A stretch of DNA of 63,618 nt, counting the filler. It is 7 parts of 7 records of this genome, joined end to end, with 100 filler letters (N's around TTAATTAATTAA, not from the genome) between each part and the next. Parts side by side here need not be neighbours in the genome. Positions count along the whole stretch, not along the records: positions 1 to 11,353 come from DRR723986_9678; 6 more parts are not named here. One strand, 5' to 3'. Shown here one piece after another: positions 1 to 11,453 of the stretch; within the stretch, counting starts at the first letter, position 1, and every line of letters begins with the position of its first letter. Both the position numbers and the translations under genes were made by a program. Below the pieces are notes generated by a model. That model searched no databases. It was not told where the DNA came from and saw only the letters and a list, made by a program, of their open reading frames with translations.

Positions 1-646
<646 letters not shown>

Positions 647-825
647 GTCGGGCGTCTGGTGTTGAGGAGCGCATCTCGCGGATAAGCACGCATGACAAGT
701 TCCGTTACTGCAGCGTTGCCCTGCAATGCCCTGCTGATTGCGGGGGGCAGTGGGCCCTGTTGTCGGGACAGTATGCCAATGAGGGTCAGCACCGGGCTCA
801 GCCGCTCACCGCGGGGTGATACGCG

Positions 826-1290
826 ATGAGCGGCGAACAAATCCAGGCCTGCATTGCCGAGTATCGAGAGCAGGCCGGGGGGCTTTTGCCCCTGTTGCAC
901 GCCATCCAGGCTGCAGTCGGCTATATACCCCCCGAGTCTGTGCCCGCTATCGCCAGTGCGATGAACCTGTCCCGCGCCGAGGTGCACGGTGTTATTACGT
1001 TTTACCACGATTTTCGCTCGGCACCCGGCGGTCGCCATCGGCTCCAGCTGTGTCTCGCCGAGGCCTGTCAGGCGGTGGGAGGCAGGGCGCTGGAAGCCCA
1101 TGCCCGCGAACGGCTTGGTCTGGGTTTTGGCGACACCAGCGCCGACGGCCAGCTCACCCTGGAACCGGTTTACTGTTTGGGCAACTGTGCCTGTGGCCCC
1201 TCGGTGCGCATCGATGACACGGTCCACGGCCGGGTAGACGGCGATCGACTCGATGCGCTGCTCGATGAACTGAAGGACGCCGGTCAGTGA
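826..1290 (+). CDS. fdsG: NAD-dependent formate dehydrogenase gamma subunit (NuoE-like, 2Fe-2S)
   Basis: LSRAEVHGVITFYHDF, CLAEACQAVG, VYCLGNCACGP; first gene of the fds operon. Confidence 0.92.
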   Translation: MSGEQIQACIAEYREQAGGLLPLLHAIQAAVGYIPPESVPAIASAMNLSRAEVHGVITFYHDFRSAPGGRHRLQLCLAEACQAVGGRALEAHARERLGLGFGDTSADGQLTLEPVYCLGNCACGPSVRIDDTVHGRVDGDRLDALLDELKDAGQ

Positions 1291-2819
1291 CCGCGCTCCG
1301 TGTCTTTGTGCCCGCCGATACCACTGCCTGTGCCGTGGGAGCAGATGCGGTGGCTGCTGCCCTGCAGACCGCCAGCAGGGCCCGCGGGCTGGAACTTGAG
1401 CTGGTGCGCAATGGCTCACGCGGGGCCTTCTGGCTGGAACCTCTGGTGGAAGTTGAGTGGGCTGGCGAGCGACTGGGCTTTGGTCCGCTGGCCGTTGGCG
1501 ACGTAGACGGATTGCTGGACGCGCTGGCGGTAGACCCCGCCAGTCATCAGGCTTGCCTCGGCCCGGTGGCCGCTATCCCCTGGCTGCATGACCAGACCCG
1601 GGTATCCTTTGCGCGTTCCGGTGTCGGTGACCCGCTGTGCCTGGCGACCTATCGCGAGCTGGGTGGGTATACGGGCCTGGAGCGCGCGCTGGCGCTGACC
1701 CCCCAGGCAGTTGTTACCGAGCTGGTCGACTCCGGCCTCCGCGGTCGCGGGGGCGCGGCCTTTCCGGCGGGGATCAAGTGGCAGACAGCGCTGGATGCGC
1801 CCGGCTCCGAAAAGTACGTGGTCTGCAATGCCGATGAGGGCGACTCCGGTACCTTCGCCGACCGTTTGCTGATGGAATCCGATCCCTATCAGCTGCTGGA
1901 GGGCATGACCATCGCCGGGCTCGCTGTTGGTGCCAACCGCGGCTATATCTACCTGCGCTCCGAGTACCCGAGGGCCCACAAGGTGCTCAATACCGCGCTG
2001 GCGCGGGCCCGCGAACAGGGCCTGCTTGGTGAAAACCTCTGCGGCAGCGGCAAGTGCTTCGACATCGAGCTGCGGCTTGGGGCGGGAGCTTATATCTGCG
2101 GCGAGGAAACTGCGCTGCTCGACAGCCTGGAGGGCAAGCGGGGCATGGTGCGAGCCAAGCCGCCGCTGCCGGCGATCCATGGCCTGTTCGGCAAGCCAAC
2201 AGTCATTAATAACGTGCTCACCCTGGCCGCCGCTTCGTCGGTCCTCGCCAAGGGGGCGCAAAGCTACGCCGCACTCGGCAGCGGACGTTCGCGGGGAACG
2301 CTGACCGTGCAACTGGCGGGCAACGTGGCGCGCGGTGGCCTGGTGGAAGTGCCGTTCGGCCTCAGCTTGCGTGAACTGGTAGAGCGCTGGGGCGGTGGTA
2401 CCCGCAGCGGCCGTCCGGTCCGTGCGATACAGGTGGGTGGTCCACTGGGCGCCTACCTGCCGGCATCGCAATGGGATACGCCGCTGGACTACGAGGCCTT
2501 CGCCGGGATCGGCGCGATGCTTGGGCACGGTGGTGTCGTGGTGTTCGATGATACCGTTGATATGGCTGCGCAGGCCCGCTTTGCCATGGCGTTCTGTGCC
2601 GTAGAATCCTGCGGCAAGTGCACACCCTGCCGGATCGGTTCTACCCGCGGGGTTGAGGTGATCGATCGGATTCTCGCTGGTGAGCAAGCTGAGGCCAACC
2701 GGGTGCTGTTACAAGACCTGTGCGACACCATGGAGCAGGGCTCCCTGTGTGCAATGGGCGGACTGACTCCGGCGCCGGTGCGCAGCGCGCTGGCCTATTT
2801 TGACGAGGATTTCAGCTGA
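1287..2819 (+). CDS. fdsB: NAD-dependent formate dehydrogenase beta subunit (NuoF-like)
   Basis: GLRGRGGAAFP, CNADEGDSGTFADR, GAYICGEET, ESCGKCTPCRIG; GTGA overlap with fdsG. Confidence 0.93.
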   Translation: MTALRVFVPADTTACAVGADAVAAALQTASRARGLELELVRNGSRGAFWLEPLVEVEWAGERLGFGPLAVGDVDGLLDALAVDPASHQACLGPVAAIPWLHDQTRVSFARSGVGDPLCLATYRELGGYTGLERALALTPQAVVTELVDSGLRGRGGAAFPAGIKWQTALDAPGSEKYVVCNADEGDSGTFADRLLMESDPYQLLEGMTIAGLAVGANRGYIYLRSEYPRAHKVLNTALARAREQGLLGENLCGSGKCFDIELRLGAGAYICGEETALLDSLEGKRGMVRAKPPLPAIHGLFGKPTVINNVLTLAAASSVLAKGAQSYAALGSGRSRGTLTVQLAGNVARGGLVEVPFGLSLRELVERWGGGTRSGRPVRAIQVGGPLGAYLPASQWDTPLDYEAFAGIGAMLGHGGVVVFDDTVDMAAQARFAMAFCAVESCGKCTPCRIGSTRGVEVIDRILAGEQAEANRVLLQDLCDTMEQGSLCAMGGLTPAPVRSALAYFDEDFS

Positions 2820-2847
2820 GCCGCGCAGGGCGGCCGGGAAGAGGGCG

Positions 2848-5694
2848 ATGTTGCAGTTCTGCGAACCCGAGAAGGACTTTGGCACACCGGCACGTGAAGG
2901 TGGTGCACCGGTCGAGCTGCTGGTAGACGGGATCGCGGTCTCCGTGCCGGCCGGTACCTCGGTGATGCGCGCCGCAGCGCTTGCCGGGGTCAAGGTGCCG
3001 AAGCTCTGTGCCACCGACAGTCTCGAGCCCTTCGGGTCCTGTCGCGTCTGCCTGGTGGAAATTGAGGGCAGGAAGGGGTTTCCCGCGTCCTGCACCACGC
3101 CGGTAAGCGCCGGCATGGAGGTTCGTACCCAGACACCGGAGCTCGCCCGTCTGCGGCGCAATGTGATGGAACTGTATATTTCCGATCACCCGCTGGATTG
3201 CCTGACCTGTCCCACCAACGGTGATTGTGAGCTGCAGGATACGGCAGGGGAGCTGGGCCTGCGCGAGGTGCGCTATGGCTTCGCCGGCGCAAACCACCTG
3301 GCAGCTGACAGCGATACCTCCAACCCGTATTTCACCTTCGATTCATCGAAGTGCATTGTCTGCTCCCGCTGCGTCCGCGCCTGCGAGGAAGTGCAGGGTA
3401 CCTTCGCCCTCACCATCCAGGGCCGGGGCTTCGATTCGCAGGTCAGTGCCGGCCAGGGCGAAGCGTTCATGGCCTCGGAGTGCGTGTCCTGCGGTGCCTG
3501 CGTCAAGGCCTGTCCCACCGCGACTCTCACTGAGAACAGTATTATCGAACAGGGGATTCCGGACCACAGCGTGGTGACGACTTGCGCCTACTGCGGTGTC
3601 GGCTGCGCCTTCCGCGCCGAGCTCAAGGGCAATACGGTGGTGCGCATGACGCCGCACAAGGATGGCAAGGCGAATGAGGGGCACGCCTGCGTGAAGGGGC
3701 GCTTCGCTTTCGGCTATGCGACTCACCCGGACCGTATTACCCGGCCGATGATCCGCGACAACATCCAGGATCCCTGGCGCGTGGTGGACTGGGACGAGGC
3801 GCTTGGCTTCGCTGCGGCGCGCCTGCATGACATCCAGGCCCGCTATGGCCGCAACAGTATCGGCGCGATTTCCTCATCCCGCTGCAGCAACGAAGAGGTC
3901 TACCTGGTCCAGAAACTGGTGCGCGCCGGGTTCGGCAACAATAACATCGACACCTGCGCCCGGGTCTGCCATTCCCCGACCGGCTATGGCCTGAAGACAA
4001 CGCTGGGCGAATCAGCCGGTACCCAGACTTTCGCCTCAGTGGAACACGCGGACGTTGTGCTGGTTATCGGCGCCAACCCGACTGAGGCGCACCCGGTGTT
4101 TGGTTCGCGGCTCAAGCGACGCCTGCGCCAGGGCGCGCGGCTGATCGTGATCGATCCGCGCCAGATCGAGCTGGTGGCAGCGCCTCATATCCGCGCCGAC
4201 TACCACCTGCCGGTGAACCCGGGCTGCAACGTGGCGGTACTGAATGCACTGGCGCATGTCATTGTTACCGAGGATCTGTTCGACCGGGACTTCATTGCCG
4301 ATCGCTGTGAGGAGCCCGCCTTCCACGAATGGCAGGCCTTTGTCAGCGATCCCAGACACAGCCCCGAGGCGAGCGCCCAGCATACCGGCGTCGCGGCGCA
4401 GGACCTGCGCGAGGCGGCGCGACTGTACGCCACCGGCGGCAACGCCGCGATTTACTACGGGCTCGGGGTTACCGAGCACAGCCAGGGCTCGACCGCCGTG
4501 ATGGCGATCGCCAATCTCGCCATGCTGACCGGCAACCTCGGTCGGGAAGGTGTCGGCGTCAACCCACTGCGCGGCCAGAATAATGTGCAGGGTTCCTGCG
4601 ACATGGGGTCGTTTCCACACGAGCTGCCCGGCTACCGGCATATCTCCGACCCGGCGGTACGCGGCCTGTTTGAGTCTGACTGGGGTGTTGAGCTCGACCC
4701 GGAACCGGGGATGCGTATTCCGAATATGTTTGATGCGGCGGTCAGCGGCAGCTTTCGCGGGCTGTATTGCCAGGGCGAGGACGTGGCCCAGTCCGATCCC
4801 AATACCCAGCATATCGAGGCCGCACTGAGCGCCCTGGACTGCCTGATTGTGCAGGACATCTTCCTCAATGAAACCGCCAAGTTCGCTCACGTGTTCCTGC
4901 CGGGAAGTTCTTTCCTGGAAAAGAACGGCACGTTTATCAATGCCGAGCGTCGTATTTCCCCGGTGCGCAAGGTCATGCCCGCGCTGGGTGGCAAGGAAGA
5001 CTGGGAAGTGACGGTCGCGCTTGCCAACGCCCTGGGTTGTCCAATGGACTACAGCCATCCTCGGGAGATCATGGCCGAAATCGCGCGCCTCACCCCGAGC
5101 TTTGCGGGGGTGACCTACGAGCGGCTCGACGAACTGGGCAGTATCCAGTGGCCCTGTAATGCGGCAGCGCCGGGTGGCACACCGATCATGCACGTGGATA
5201 CTTTTGTGCGCGGCAAGGGCTACTTTGGCCTGACTGAGTTTGTGCCCACCGACGAGCGCGCCAACCGGCGCTTCCCGCTGCTGCTGACCACGGGCCGCAT
5301 ACTTACCCAGTACAACGTGGGCGCCCAGACCCGGCGCACCCGCAACAGCGAATGGCACGAGGAGGACCTGCTGGAACTGCATCCCCACGATGCCGAGGAG
5401 CGCGGCATCCGGGACACGGACTGGGTCGGCATTACCAGTCGTGCCGGCAATACCGTATTGCGCGCCCGGGTATCGGAGCGGGTCAAACCCGGGGTGGTGT
5501 ATACCACCTTCCATCACCCGGTGTCCGGAGCCAACGTGGTCACCACGGATAACTCCGACTGGGCGACCAACTGCCCCGAGTACAAGGTCACCGCAGTGCA
5601 GGTTGAGAGAGTATCCCAGCCCTCGCTGTGGCAGGAGCGGCACCGGGCCGAACACGATCGCCAGCATCGGTTGCTGGGGGAAGCTATTGATTGA
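2848..5694 (+). CDS. fdsA: NAD-dependent formate dehydrogenase alpha subunit (Mo-bis-MGD, Cys ligand)
   Basis: N-terminal Fe-S motifs, TCAYCGVGC, CARVCHSPT, LRGQNNVQG, NCPEYKVTAV; start moved to ATG 2848 after GAGGG. Confidence 0.94.
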   Translation: MLQFCEPEKDFGTPAREGGAPVELLVDGIAVSVPAGTSVMRAAALAGVKVPKLCATDSLEPFGSCRVCLVEIEGRKGFPASCTTPVSAGMEVRTQTPELARLRRNVMELYISDHPLDCLTCPTNGDCELQDTAGELGLREVRYGFAGANHLAADSDTSNPYFTFDSSKCIVCSRCVRACEEVQGTFALTIQGRGFDSQVSAGQGEAFMASECVSCGACVKACPTATLTENSIIEQGIPDHSVVTTCAYCGVGCAFRAELKGNTVVRMTPHKDGKANEGHACVKGRFAFGYATHPDRITRPMIRDNIQDPWRVVDWDEALGFAAARLHDIQARYGRNSIGAISSSRCSNEEVYLVQKLVRAGFGNNNIDTCARVCHSPTGYGLKTTLGESAGTQTFASVEHADVVLVIGANPTEAHPVFGSRLKRRLRQGARLIVIDPRQIELVAAPHIRADYHLPVNPGCNVAVLNALAHVIVTEDLFDRDFIADRCEEPAFHEWQAFVSDPRHSPEASAQHTGVAAQDLREAARLYATGGNAAIYYGLGVTEHSQGSTAVMAIANLAMLTGNLGREGVGVNPLRGQNNVQGSCDMGSFPHELPGYRHISDPAVRGLFESDWGVELDPEPGMRIPNMFDAAVSGSFRGLYCQGEDVAQSDPNTQHIEAALSALDCLIVQDIFLNETAKFAHVFLPGSSFLEKNGTFINAERRISPVRKVMPALGGKEDWEVTVALANALGCPMDYSHPREIMAEIARLTPSFAGVTYERLDELGSIQWPCNAAAPGGTPIMHVDTFVRGKGYFGLTEFVPTDERANRRFPLLLTTGRILTQYNVGAQTRRTRNSEWHEEDLLELHPHDAEERGIRDTDWVGITSRAGNTVLRARVSERVKPGVVYTTFHHPVSGANVVTTDNSDWATNCPEYKVTAVQVERVSQPSLWQERHRAEHDRQHRLLGEAID

Positions 5695-6533
5695 TGGACC
5701 ATAGCCCGCCAGGCACCCGCTCGGTTATCCGTGAATGGTTGGCGCAGGGCGAGCTGTGCTCCGATGCCGACCCGGTCATCGAGGAAACCCCGGTGGCGCT
5801 GGTATATAACGGCGTCTCCCACGTGGTGATGATGGCCACCGCCCTGGACCTGGAAGATTTTGCCCTGGGCTTCAGCCTCTCCGAGGGCATCCTGGCGCAT
5901 GCCGGGCAGTTGCACGACCTGGAGGTGGTGACCAGCGCCGATGGTCTGGAACTGCGGATGCAGATAGCCGCGCAGGCGTTCGCCGGGCTCAAGCAGCGGC
6001 GGCGAAACCTGGCGGGCAGGACCGGCTGTGGCCTCTGCGGCGCCGAATCCCTGACGCAGGCGATTCCACCGCCTGTCGCTGTAACCCGCTCCCTGGTGCT
6101 CGAGCCGGACGCCCTGCAGCGTGCATTGGCTGCGCTGGCGGATTCCCAGCCGCTGCGCTCCCTGACCGGCGCCGCCCACGGTGCCGCTTACTGCAGCCCG
6201 GCGGGCGATATCCTGTTGCTGAGAGAAGACGTTGGCCGGCACAACGCGCTGGACAAGGCGCTGGGCGCGCTGGCCAGGCATGGGCCGGCAGCGGAGGGTT
6301 TCATGCTGGTGACCAGCCGCGCCAGTTACGAAATGGTGGCGAAAACCGCCAGCGCCAATATTCCCCTGCTCGCCGCCGTCTCCGCACCGACATCCCTTGC
6401 TGTCGACCACGCCCGGGCCTGCGGCCTGACCCTGGTGGCATACCTCGGCTCCGGCAGGCAGCTTGTATACAGTGGTGGGCAACGCCTGCATGCAGCAGCC
6501 GGCGAAACAAGCGGGCGGGAGGACGGGCAATGA
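5694..6533 (+). CDS. fdhD: Formate dehydrogenase sulfurtransferase FdhD/FdsC
   Basis: GRTGCGLCG, REDVGRHNALDK, TSRASYEM, SAPTSLAV. Confidence 0.93.
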   Translation: MDHSPPGTRSVIREWLAQGELCSDADPVIEETPVALVYNGVSHVVMMATALDLEDFALGFSLSEGILAHAGQLHDLEVVTSADGLELRMQIAAQAFAGLKQRRRNLAGRTGCGLCGAESLTQAIPPPVAVTRSLVLEPDALQRALAALADSQPLRSLTGAAHGAAYCSPAGDILLLREDVGRHNALDKALGALARHGPAAEGFMLVTSRASYEMVAKTASANIPLLAAVSAPTSLAVDHARACGLTLVAYLGSGRQLVYSGGQRLHAAAGETSGREDGQ

Positions 6534-6763
6534 ACCGCGAACAGCTGGATCACCTGGTGCGCATGATCAACCAGATTGCCCTCAACCTCGGCGAACTGCG
6601 AGACGAGGACCAGGCGGTAGCCAGCACCGAGGACCACATCCGGCGCTTCTGGACACCGGCCATGCGTGCAGAGCTGGCCGCTTACTGGCAGGGTGGTGGC
6701 GATGCCCTGTCGCCGGCGGCAGCACGGGTGGCGGCGTCCCTGGCTGACCAGATGTTGGGCTGA
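6530..6763 (+). CDS. fdsD: Formate dehydrogenase delta subunit
   Basis: LVRMINQIA...HIRRFWTPAMR signature; last gene of the fds operon. Confidence 0.88.
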   Translation: MNREQLDHLVRMINQIALNLGELRDEDQAVASTEDHIRRFWTPAMRAELAAYWQGGGDALSPAAARVAASLADQMLG

Positions 6764-6862
6764 TCACTGCGGGTATGCTTGCAAACGCGGCGCCTCCCTG
6801 GTGTAGACTCCATGGTCCGCATAAGCACACAACATAAGACGCGCTGATACAGAGGCCAGCTA

Positions 6863-7879
6863 ATGAATAAACGACGACTCGGGCGAAGTTCTCTTGTGGT
6901 GTCCGATATCTGTATGGGCACCATGACCTTCGGCAACCAGGCGGATGAAAAGACGTCCTTCCAGATCATGGACATGGCCTTTGATGCCGGTATCGACTTC
7001 TATGACACTGCGGAGATGTACCCGGTGCCGCCGGACGCGAAGTATGTGGGGGCAACGGAAGAGATCGTTGGTCGCTGGCTGAAGACCAAAAACCGGGACG
7101 CGGTCATTATTGCTACCAAGGTGGCGGGCCCCGGGCACGGCTGGATCACACCGCCGCTGCGCGGTGGCAAGACGGGGCTGGACCGACATCACATCATGCG
7201 CGCAGTTGAGGACAGCCTGCGCCGTCTGGATACCGATTACATCGATCTGTACCAGACTCACTGGCCGGATCCGGATTTTCCCTACGAGGAGACCCTGCGC
7301 GCGCTGGACGAACTGGTCGCCTCGGGCAAGGTGCGGGTCCTGGGCTGCAGCAACGAAACGAGTTGGGGTCTTACCAAGAGCCTGTGGCAGTCCGACGTGC
7401 ACGCCCTGGCCCGGTTCGAAACCATCCAGAACAACTTCAGCCTCAACAATCGCCGCTTCGAGGACGAGCTGGCCCAGGTCTGCCGTCAGGAGGGGGTGAG
7501 CCTGTTGCCATATTCGCCGCTGGCCGGCGGGGTGCTGTCCGGCAAGTACAATGACGGCGCCCGCCCGGAAGGCGCGCGTTTTACCGCGTATTTTGACGCG
7601 CCACCACGCCAGCAGCAGATGGCGCGGCGCTTTGTCAACGAGCGTACCCTGGCCGCCACCGAGCAATTCCAGGCGATTGCCGCCCAGGCCGGTATGCCGG
7701 TGGTAACCCTGGCGACCGCGTGGAGCAAACAGCACGACTTTGTCGGCTCGACCATCGTCGGTGCGACCACTCCCGAGCAGCTGCCGGACATCCTTGCGGC
7801 GGCGGACGTGGTGCTGGCGAGCGATACCCTGCAGGCGATAGACCGGGTAACAAAAAAGATCCGTTACCCCATGGGCTAG
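6863..7879 (+). CDS. Aldo/keto reductase (Tas-like)
   Basis: [49 protein letters not shown]. Confidence 0.92.
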   Translation: MNKRRLGRSSLVVSDICMGTMTFGNQADEKTSFQIMDMAFDAGIDFYDTAEMYPVPPDAKYVGATEEIVGRWLKTKNRDAVIIATKVAGPGHGWITPPLRGGKTGLDRHHIMRAVEDSLRRLDTDYIDLYQTHWPDPDFPYEETLRALDELVASGKVRVLGCSNETSWGLTKSLWQSDVHALARFETIQNNFSLNNRRFEDELAQVCRQEGVSLLPYSPLAGGVLSGKYNDGARPEGARFTAYFDAPPRQQQMARRFVNERTLAATEQFQAIAAQAGMPVVTLATAWSKQHDFVGSTIVGATTPEQLPDILAAADVVLASDTLQAIDRVTKKIRYPMG

Positions 7880-7987
7880 GGTACCCGGGTCGTTGCCGCG
7901 ACCGCTGGTGTGGAAGACGTGGGCGATGTGCGGCAAGACGATCTAAATCAATAACAGCTGGGTCCCGATTGTCCACAATAGGCGGCG

Positions 7988-9469
7988 ATGGGAATAGATA
8001 TCGACAGAACGCACTTCGCTCCGGCGGATTACGCTGCGTTCCAGCGGCGCCTGGCGGATAACCTGGCGGCCCTTGATACGCTGCTGGCGGATCCCGGTTT
8101 CGGCATCGGTCCCGGTTCGCTGGGAGCGGAGCTGGAGATGTATGTGGTCGGGCCCGATGGCCGGCCGGCCTACCTGAACCAGGAGATCCTGGCCCTTGCC
8201 GACGACCCGCAGCTGACTCTGGAACTCAATCGCTACAATCTCGAATACAATCTGTCACCCTATGCGATAAGCGACCAGCCTTTCCGCCGTACCGAGGAGG
8301 AAATTCTCAGTAAGCTGGGACAGGTTCGGCGTGTAGCCGAGGGCCTTGACGCGCGCATTGTGCCGATCGGTATCCTGCCCACCTTGCGGGAATCGGATTT
8401 CGGCAGCCACTGCATCACCGACCGCAAGCGCTACCACGCCCTGGTCGGCCAGCTTATCCGGCGGCGGGGCAGTAATTTCAAGATCGATATCAACGGTGCT
8501 GACCCGCTGCAGCTGGAGATGGCGGACATCACCCTCGAGGGCGCGAACACCTCGTTCCAGGTTCACTATCGGGTCAATCCGGTGGATTACGCCGACACCT
8601 TTAATGCCGTTCAGCTGGTGACACCGCTGGTGCTGGCGATAGCCGCCAATTCACCCACCCTGTTCGGGCACAGCCTGTGGCAGGAAACGCGCATTCCGCT
8701 GTTCAAGCAATCGATTGATACCCGGATCAGGGATCGCTACGGCTGGCAGGAGCCGGCGCGGGTGAATTTCGGGCACGGCTGGGTGCGCCGGGGGCCGCTG
8801 GAACTGTTCACCGAGACTGTGCGACTGAACCCGCCCTTATTGCCGCTTTGCGCCGACATCAGTGCAGCCGAGGAGCTGGCCGCGGGCCGGGTGCCTACTT
8901 TGGCCGAGTTGCGCCTGTTACAGGGCTCGGTGTGGCTGTGGAACCGGCCGATCTACGATGACCATGACGGGGGGCATCTGCGGATTGAACTGCGGTCCCT
9001 GCCGGCGGGGCCGAGCGCCGTCGATATGGTTGCCAATGCGGCCTTTGCCATTGGCGCGGCGGAGGGCTTGCGGCCCGTGGTGAACACGCTGTTGCCTGCG
9101 CTGCCGTTCCCCATGGCCGAGTACAATTTTTACCGCGCAGCCCAGCACGGCCTGGAGGCGAGCCTGGTATGGCCGGAGGTGGACCAGTACGGCGGCGTGG
9201 AGCAGCCGGTGGCGGTCCTGGTCGAGCGCATGCTGCCGATTGCTCGCGAGGGCCTGCTGGCTATTGGCATTGAGGCGGGGGAGGCGGACTTCTACCTCGG
9301 TATCATCGAGCGCAGGCTGGCGACACGGCGCACCGGGTCGGCCTGGCAGATGGCCATGCTGCGCAAATTGGAGAGCCAGGGCAATCGCGAGCAGGCGCTG
9401 CATACCATGCTCGAACTGTTCATGGTCAACAGCCGCGAGAACATCCCGGTTGCGGAGTGGCCCCTGTGA
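7988..9469 (+). CDS. Glutamate-cysteine ligase family 2 (GCS2-like) carboxylate-amine ligase
   Basis: GAELEMY, LELNRYNLEYN, GILPTL, TSFQVH, AANSP, WNRPIYD, HLRIELRSLPAGPS. Confidence 0.82.
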   Translation: MGIDIDRTHFAPADYAAFQRRLADNLAALDTLLADPGFGIGPGSLGAELEMYVVGPDGRPAYLNQEILALADDPQLTLELNRYNLEYNLSPYAISDQPFRRTEEEILSKLGQVRRVAEGLDARIVPIGILPTLRESDFGSHCITDRKRYHALVGQLIRRRGSNFKIDINGADPLQLEMADITLEGANTSFQVHYRVNPVDYADTFNAVQLVTPLVLAIAANSPTLFGHSLWQETRIPLFKQSIDTRIRDRYGWQEPARVNFGHGWVRRGPLELFTETVRLNPPLLPLCADISAAEELAAGRVPTLAELRLLQGSVWLWNRPIYDDHDGGHLRIELRSLPAGPSAVDMVANAAFAIGAAEGLRPVVNTLLPALPFPMAEYNFYRAAQHGLEASLVWPEVDQYGGVEQPVAVLVERMLPIAREGLLAIGIEAGEADFYLGIIERRLATRRTGSAWQMAMLRKLESQGNREQALHTMLELFMVNSRENIPVAEWPL

Positions 9470-10500
9470 GACGCTTCCGCTTTGTGCGCAATCCGCTGGC
9501 CACCGATATTGGCGACAACGTTGAGCAGTTTCTCGAGCGGCTGGGCGGCCCGGCTTGCCTCTTTCTCGACGGCGACAACCCGGAGCGCACGCGGGCATTC
9601 GTCACGTTGCTGCACGGCAACGAACCCTCGGGGACGATGGCCCTGTTTCACTGGTTGAAGTCAGGGCGTCGCCCGGCAGTCAACGTGGTGTGCATTGTGG
9701 CCGCCGTTACCACGGCCCTCGAGAATCCCCGGTTCAGTCATCGCATGCTAGCCGGCAAGCGCGACCTCAACCGTTGCTTCCGGCCGCCTTTTGACGATGA
9801 GCAGGGCGCGCTGGCGGAAGAGATCCTGGAGATCCTGCGGCTGCATCACCCGGAAGCGGTAGTGGACATGCACAACACATCAGGCTCCGGCCCCAGCTTC
9901 GGCGTGTGTACCCACATGGATCGGCAGCACGATGCCCTGGTGTCCCTGTTTACCCAGCGACTGATTGTCTCCAACCTCGGCCTGGGCGCGCTGATGGAGA
10001 TCAGCGAGCACACCTATCCCACGGTCACCGTGGAAGTGGGCGGGCGCCTGGACGAGGAGGCGCATGCGCTGGCACGTGAGGGTCTGGCACGGTACTTCTG
10101 TGCCGAAACCGTACTTGACCAGGGCGATACCGACTGGGGTCTGGAACTGCTGCGCGACCCGATCCGGCTGGAACTCAATGAGGGCGTCCGGCTGACCTAT
10201 GCGGCCGAGGCTTGCCCCGCCCATGATGTGACCTTGCGCCCGGATATCGAGCACCTGAATTTCGGCGTCGTGCGTGCCGACATGCCGCTGGGCTGGGCCC
10301 GGGGTGATGCGCGGCGACTGTTCACCGCACTGGATGCCGGGGGTCGCTGCGCCGTTGCCCGTCTGGTGCGGATCGAGGACGGCCTGCTGTATCCCGCTCG
10401 CGACTTGAAGCTGTTCATGATCACCACCAATGCTGCCATTGCCCAGACTGACTGCCTGTTTTACGCGGTTGCCGATGACGGCAGCACCATCTGCGCCTGA
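9466..10500 (+). CDS. Succinylglutamate desuccinylase/aspartoacylase (M14-type Zn deacylase)
   Basis: HGNE, DLNR, DMHN motifs and a VEVGG glutamate; GTG start overlaps the ligase stop (GTGA). Confidence 0.8.
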   Translation: MRRFRFVRNPLATDIGDNVEQFLERLGGPACLFLDGDNPERTRAFVTLLHGNEPSGTMALFHWLKSGRRPAVNVVCIVAAVTTALENPRFSHRMLAGKRDLNRCFRPPFDDEQGALAEEILEILRLHHPEAVVDMHNTSGSGPSFGVCTHMDRQHDALVSLFTQRLIVSNLGLGALMEISEHTYPTVTVEVGGRLDEEAHALAREGLARYFCAETVLDQGDTDWGLELLRDPIRLELNEGVRLTYAAEACPAHDVTLRPDIEHLNFGVVRADMPLGWARGDARRLFTALDAGGRCAVARLVRIEDGLLYPARDLKLFMITTNAAIAQTDCLFYAVADDGSTICA

Positions 10501-10640
10501 CGGCGCGCATTATTTCTGCTCCGATCCCCTGTAAGTCACTGAAATAGTGAGTCTTTCCCTGATCTGTCGCTATTTCAGGCGGGTGGTTGCGATTGGCTGA
10601 AATTCTTCGCATCTGGGGGTTGCATTTCGATTTCAATGCA

Positions 10641-10656
10641 CTGAGTATATATACAG
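10641..10656. promoter_or_regulatory. LexA (SOS) box upstream of recA
   Basis: CTGAGTATATATACAG matches CTG-N10-CAG with an AT-alternating core, ~100 bp before recA. Confidence 0.9.
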
Positions 10657-10759
10657 TAGTTTTGCCGGGCGGCTCTGGCAACAAAAGTGAGCCGCATGCG
10701 CTGCCGCCGGGGCAGCGGCGCATCCGGACCGGGTTTTAACGCAGATAAGGGGACAGATT

Positions 10760-11353
10760 ATGGACGCCAACAAGCAGAAAGCACTGGAAGCGGCACTCGG
10801 CCAGATCGAGCGCCAGTTCGGCAAAGGCACCGTCATGCTGATGGGTGACAAGGAGCGGGTAGCGATTCCCGCGATATCCACCGGTTCACTGGGGCTGGAC
10901 ATCGCCCTGGGTATCGGAGGGCTTCCCAAGGGCCGCATCTGCGAGATTTATGGGCCGGAATCATCGGGCAAAACCACGCTTACCCTGCAGGTTATCGCCG
11001 AGGCCCAGAAGGCGGGGGGCACCGCGGCCTTCATTGACGCAGAGCACGCTCTTGACCCTACCTACGCGGAAAAGCTCGGTGTGAAAGTGGACGACCTGAT
11101 CGTGTCCCAGCCGGATACCGGCGAGCAGGCTCTCGAGGTGACTGAGATGCTGGTGCGCTCCGGCGCGGTCGATGTGCTGGTCATTGACTCGGTGGCAGCG
11201 CTGACCCCGAAGGCCGAAATCGAGGGCGAAATGGGCGACTCCCATGTCGGCCTGCAGGCGCGCCTGCTCAGCCAGGCCATGCGTAAGCTGACCGCGACCA
11301 TCAAGCAGACCAACTGCCTGGTTATCTTCATCAACCAGATCCGGATGAAGATC
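10760..11353 (+). CDS. recA: Recombinase RecA (3' truncated)
   Basis: [36 protein letters not shown]. Confidence 0.98.
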
Positions 11354-11453
11354 NNNNNNNNNNNNNNNNNNNNNNNNNNNNNNNNNNNNNNNNNNNNTTA
11401 ATTAATTAANNNNNNNNNNNNNNNNNNNNNNNNNNNNNNNNNNNNNNNNNNNN
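11354..11453. other. Artificial linker
   Basis: N44-TTAATTAATTAA-N44 with stops in all six frames; genes are cut on both sides. Confidence 0.97.

Noticed and set aside
2848-5694. Selenocysteine recoding in the formate dehydrogenase
   Set aside because: The frame is uninterrupted and has Cys at the active site.
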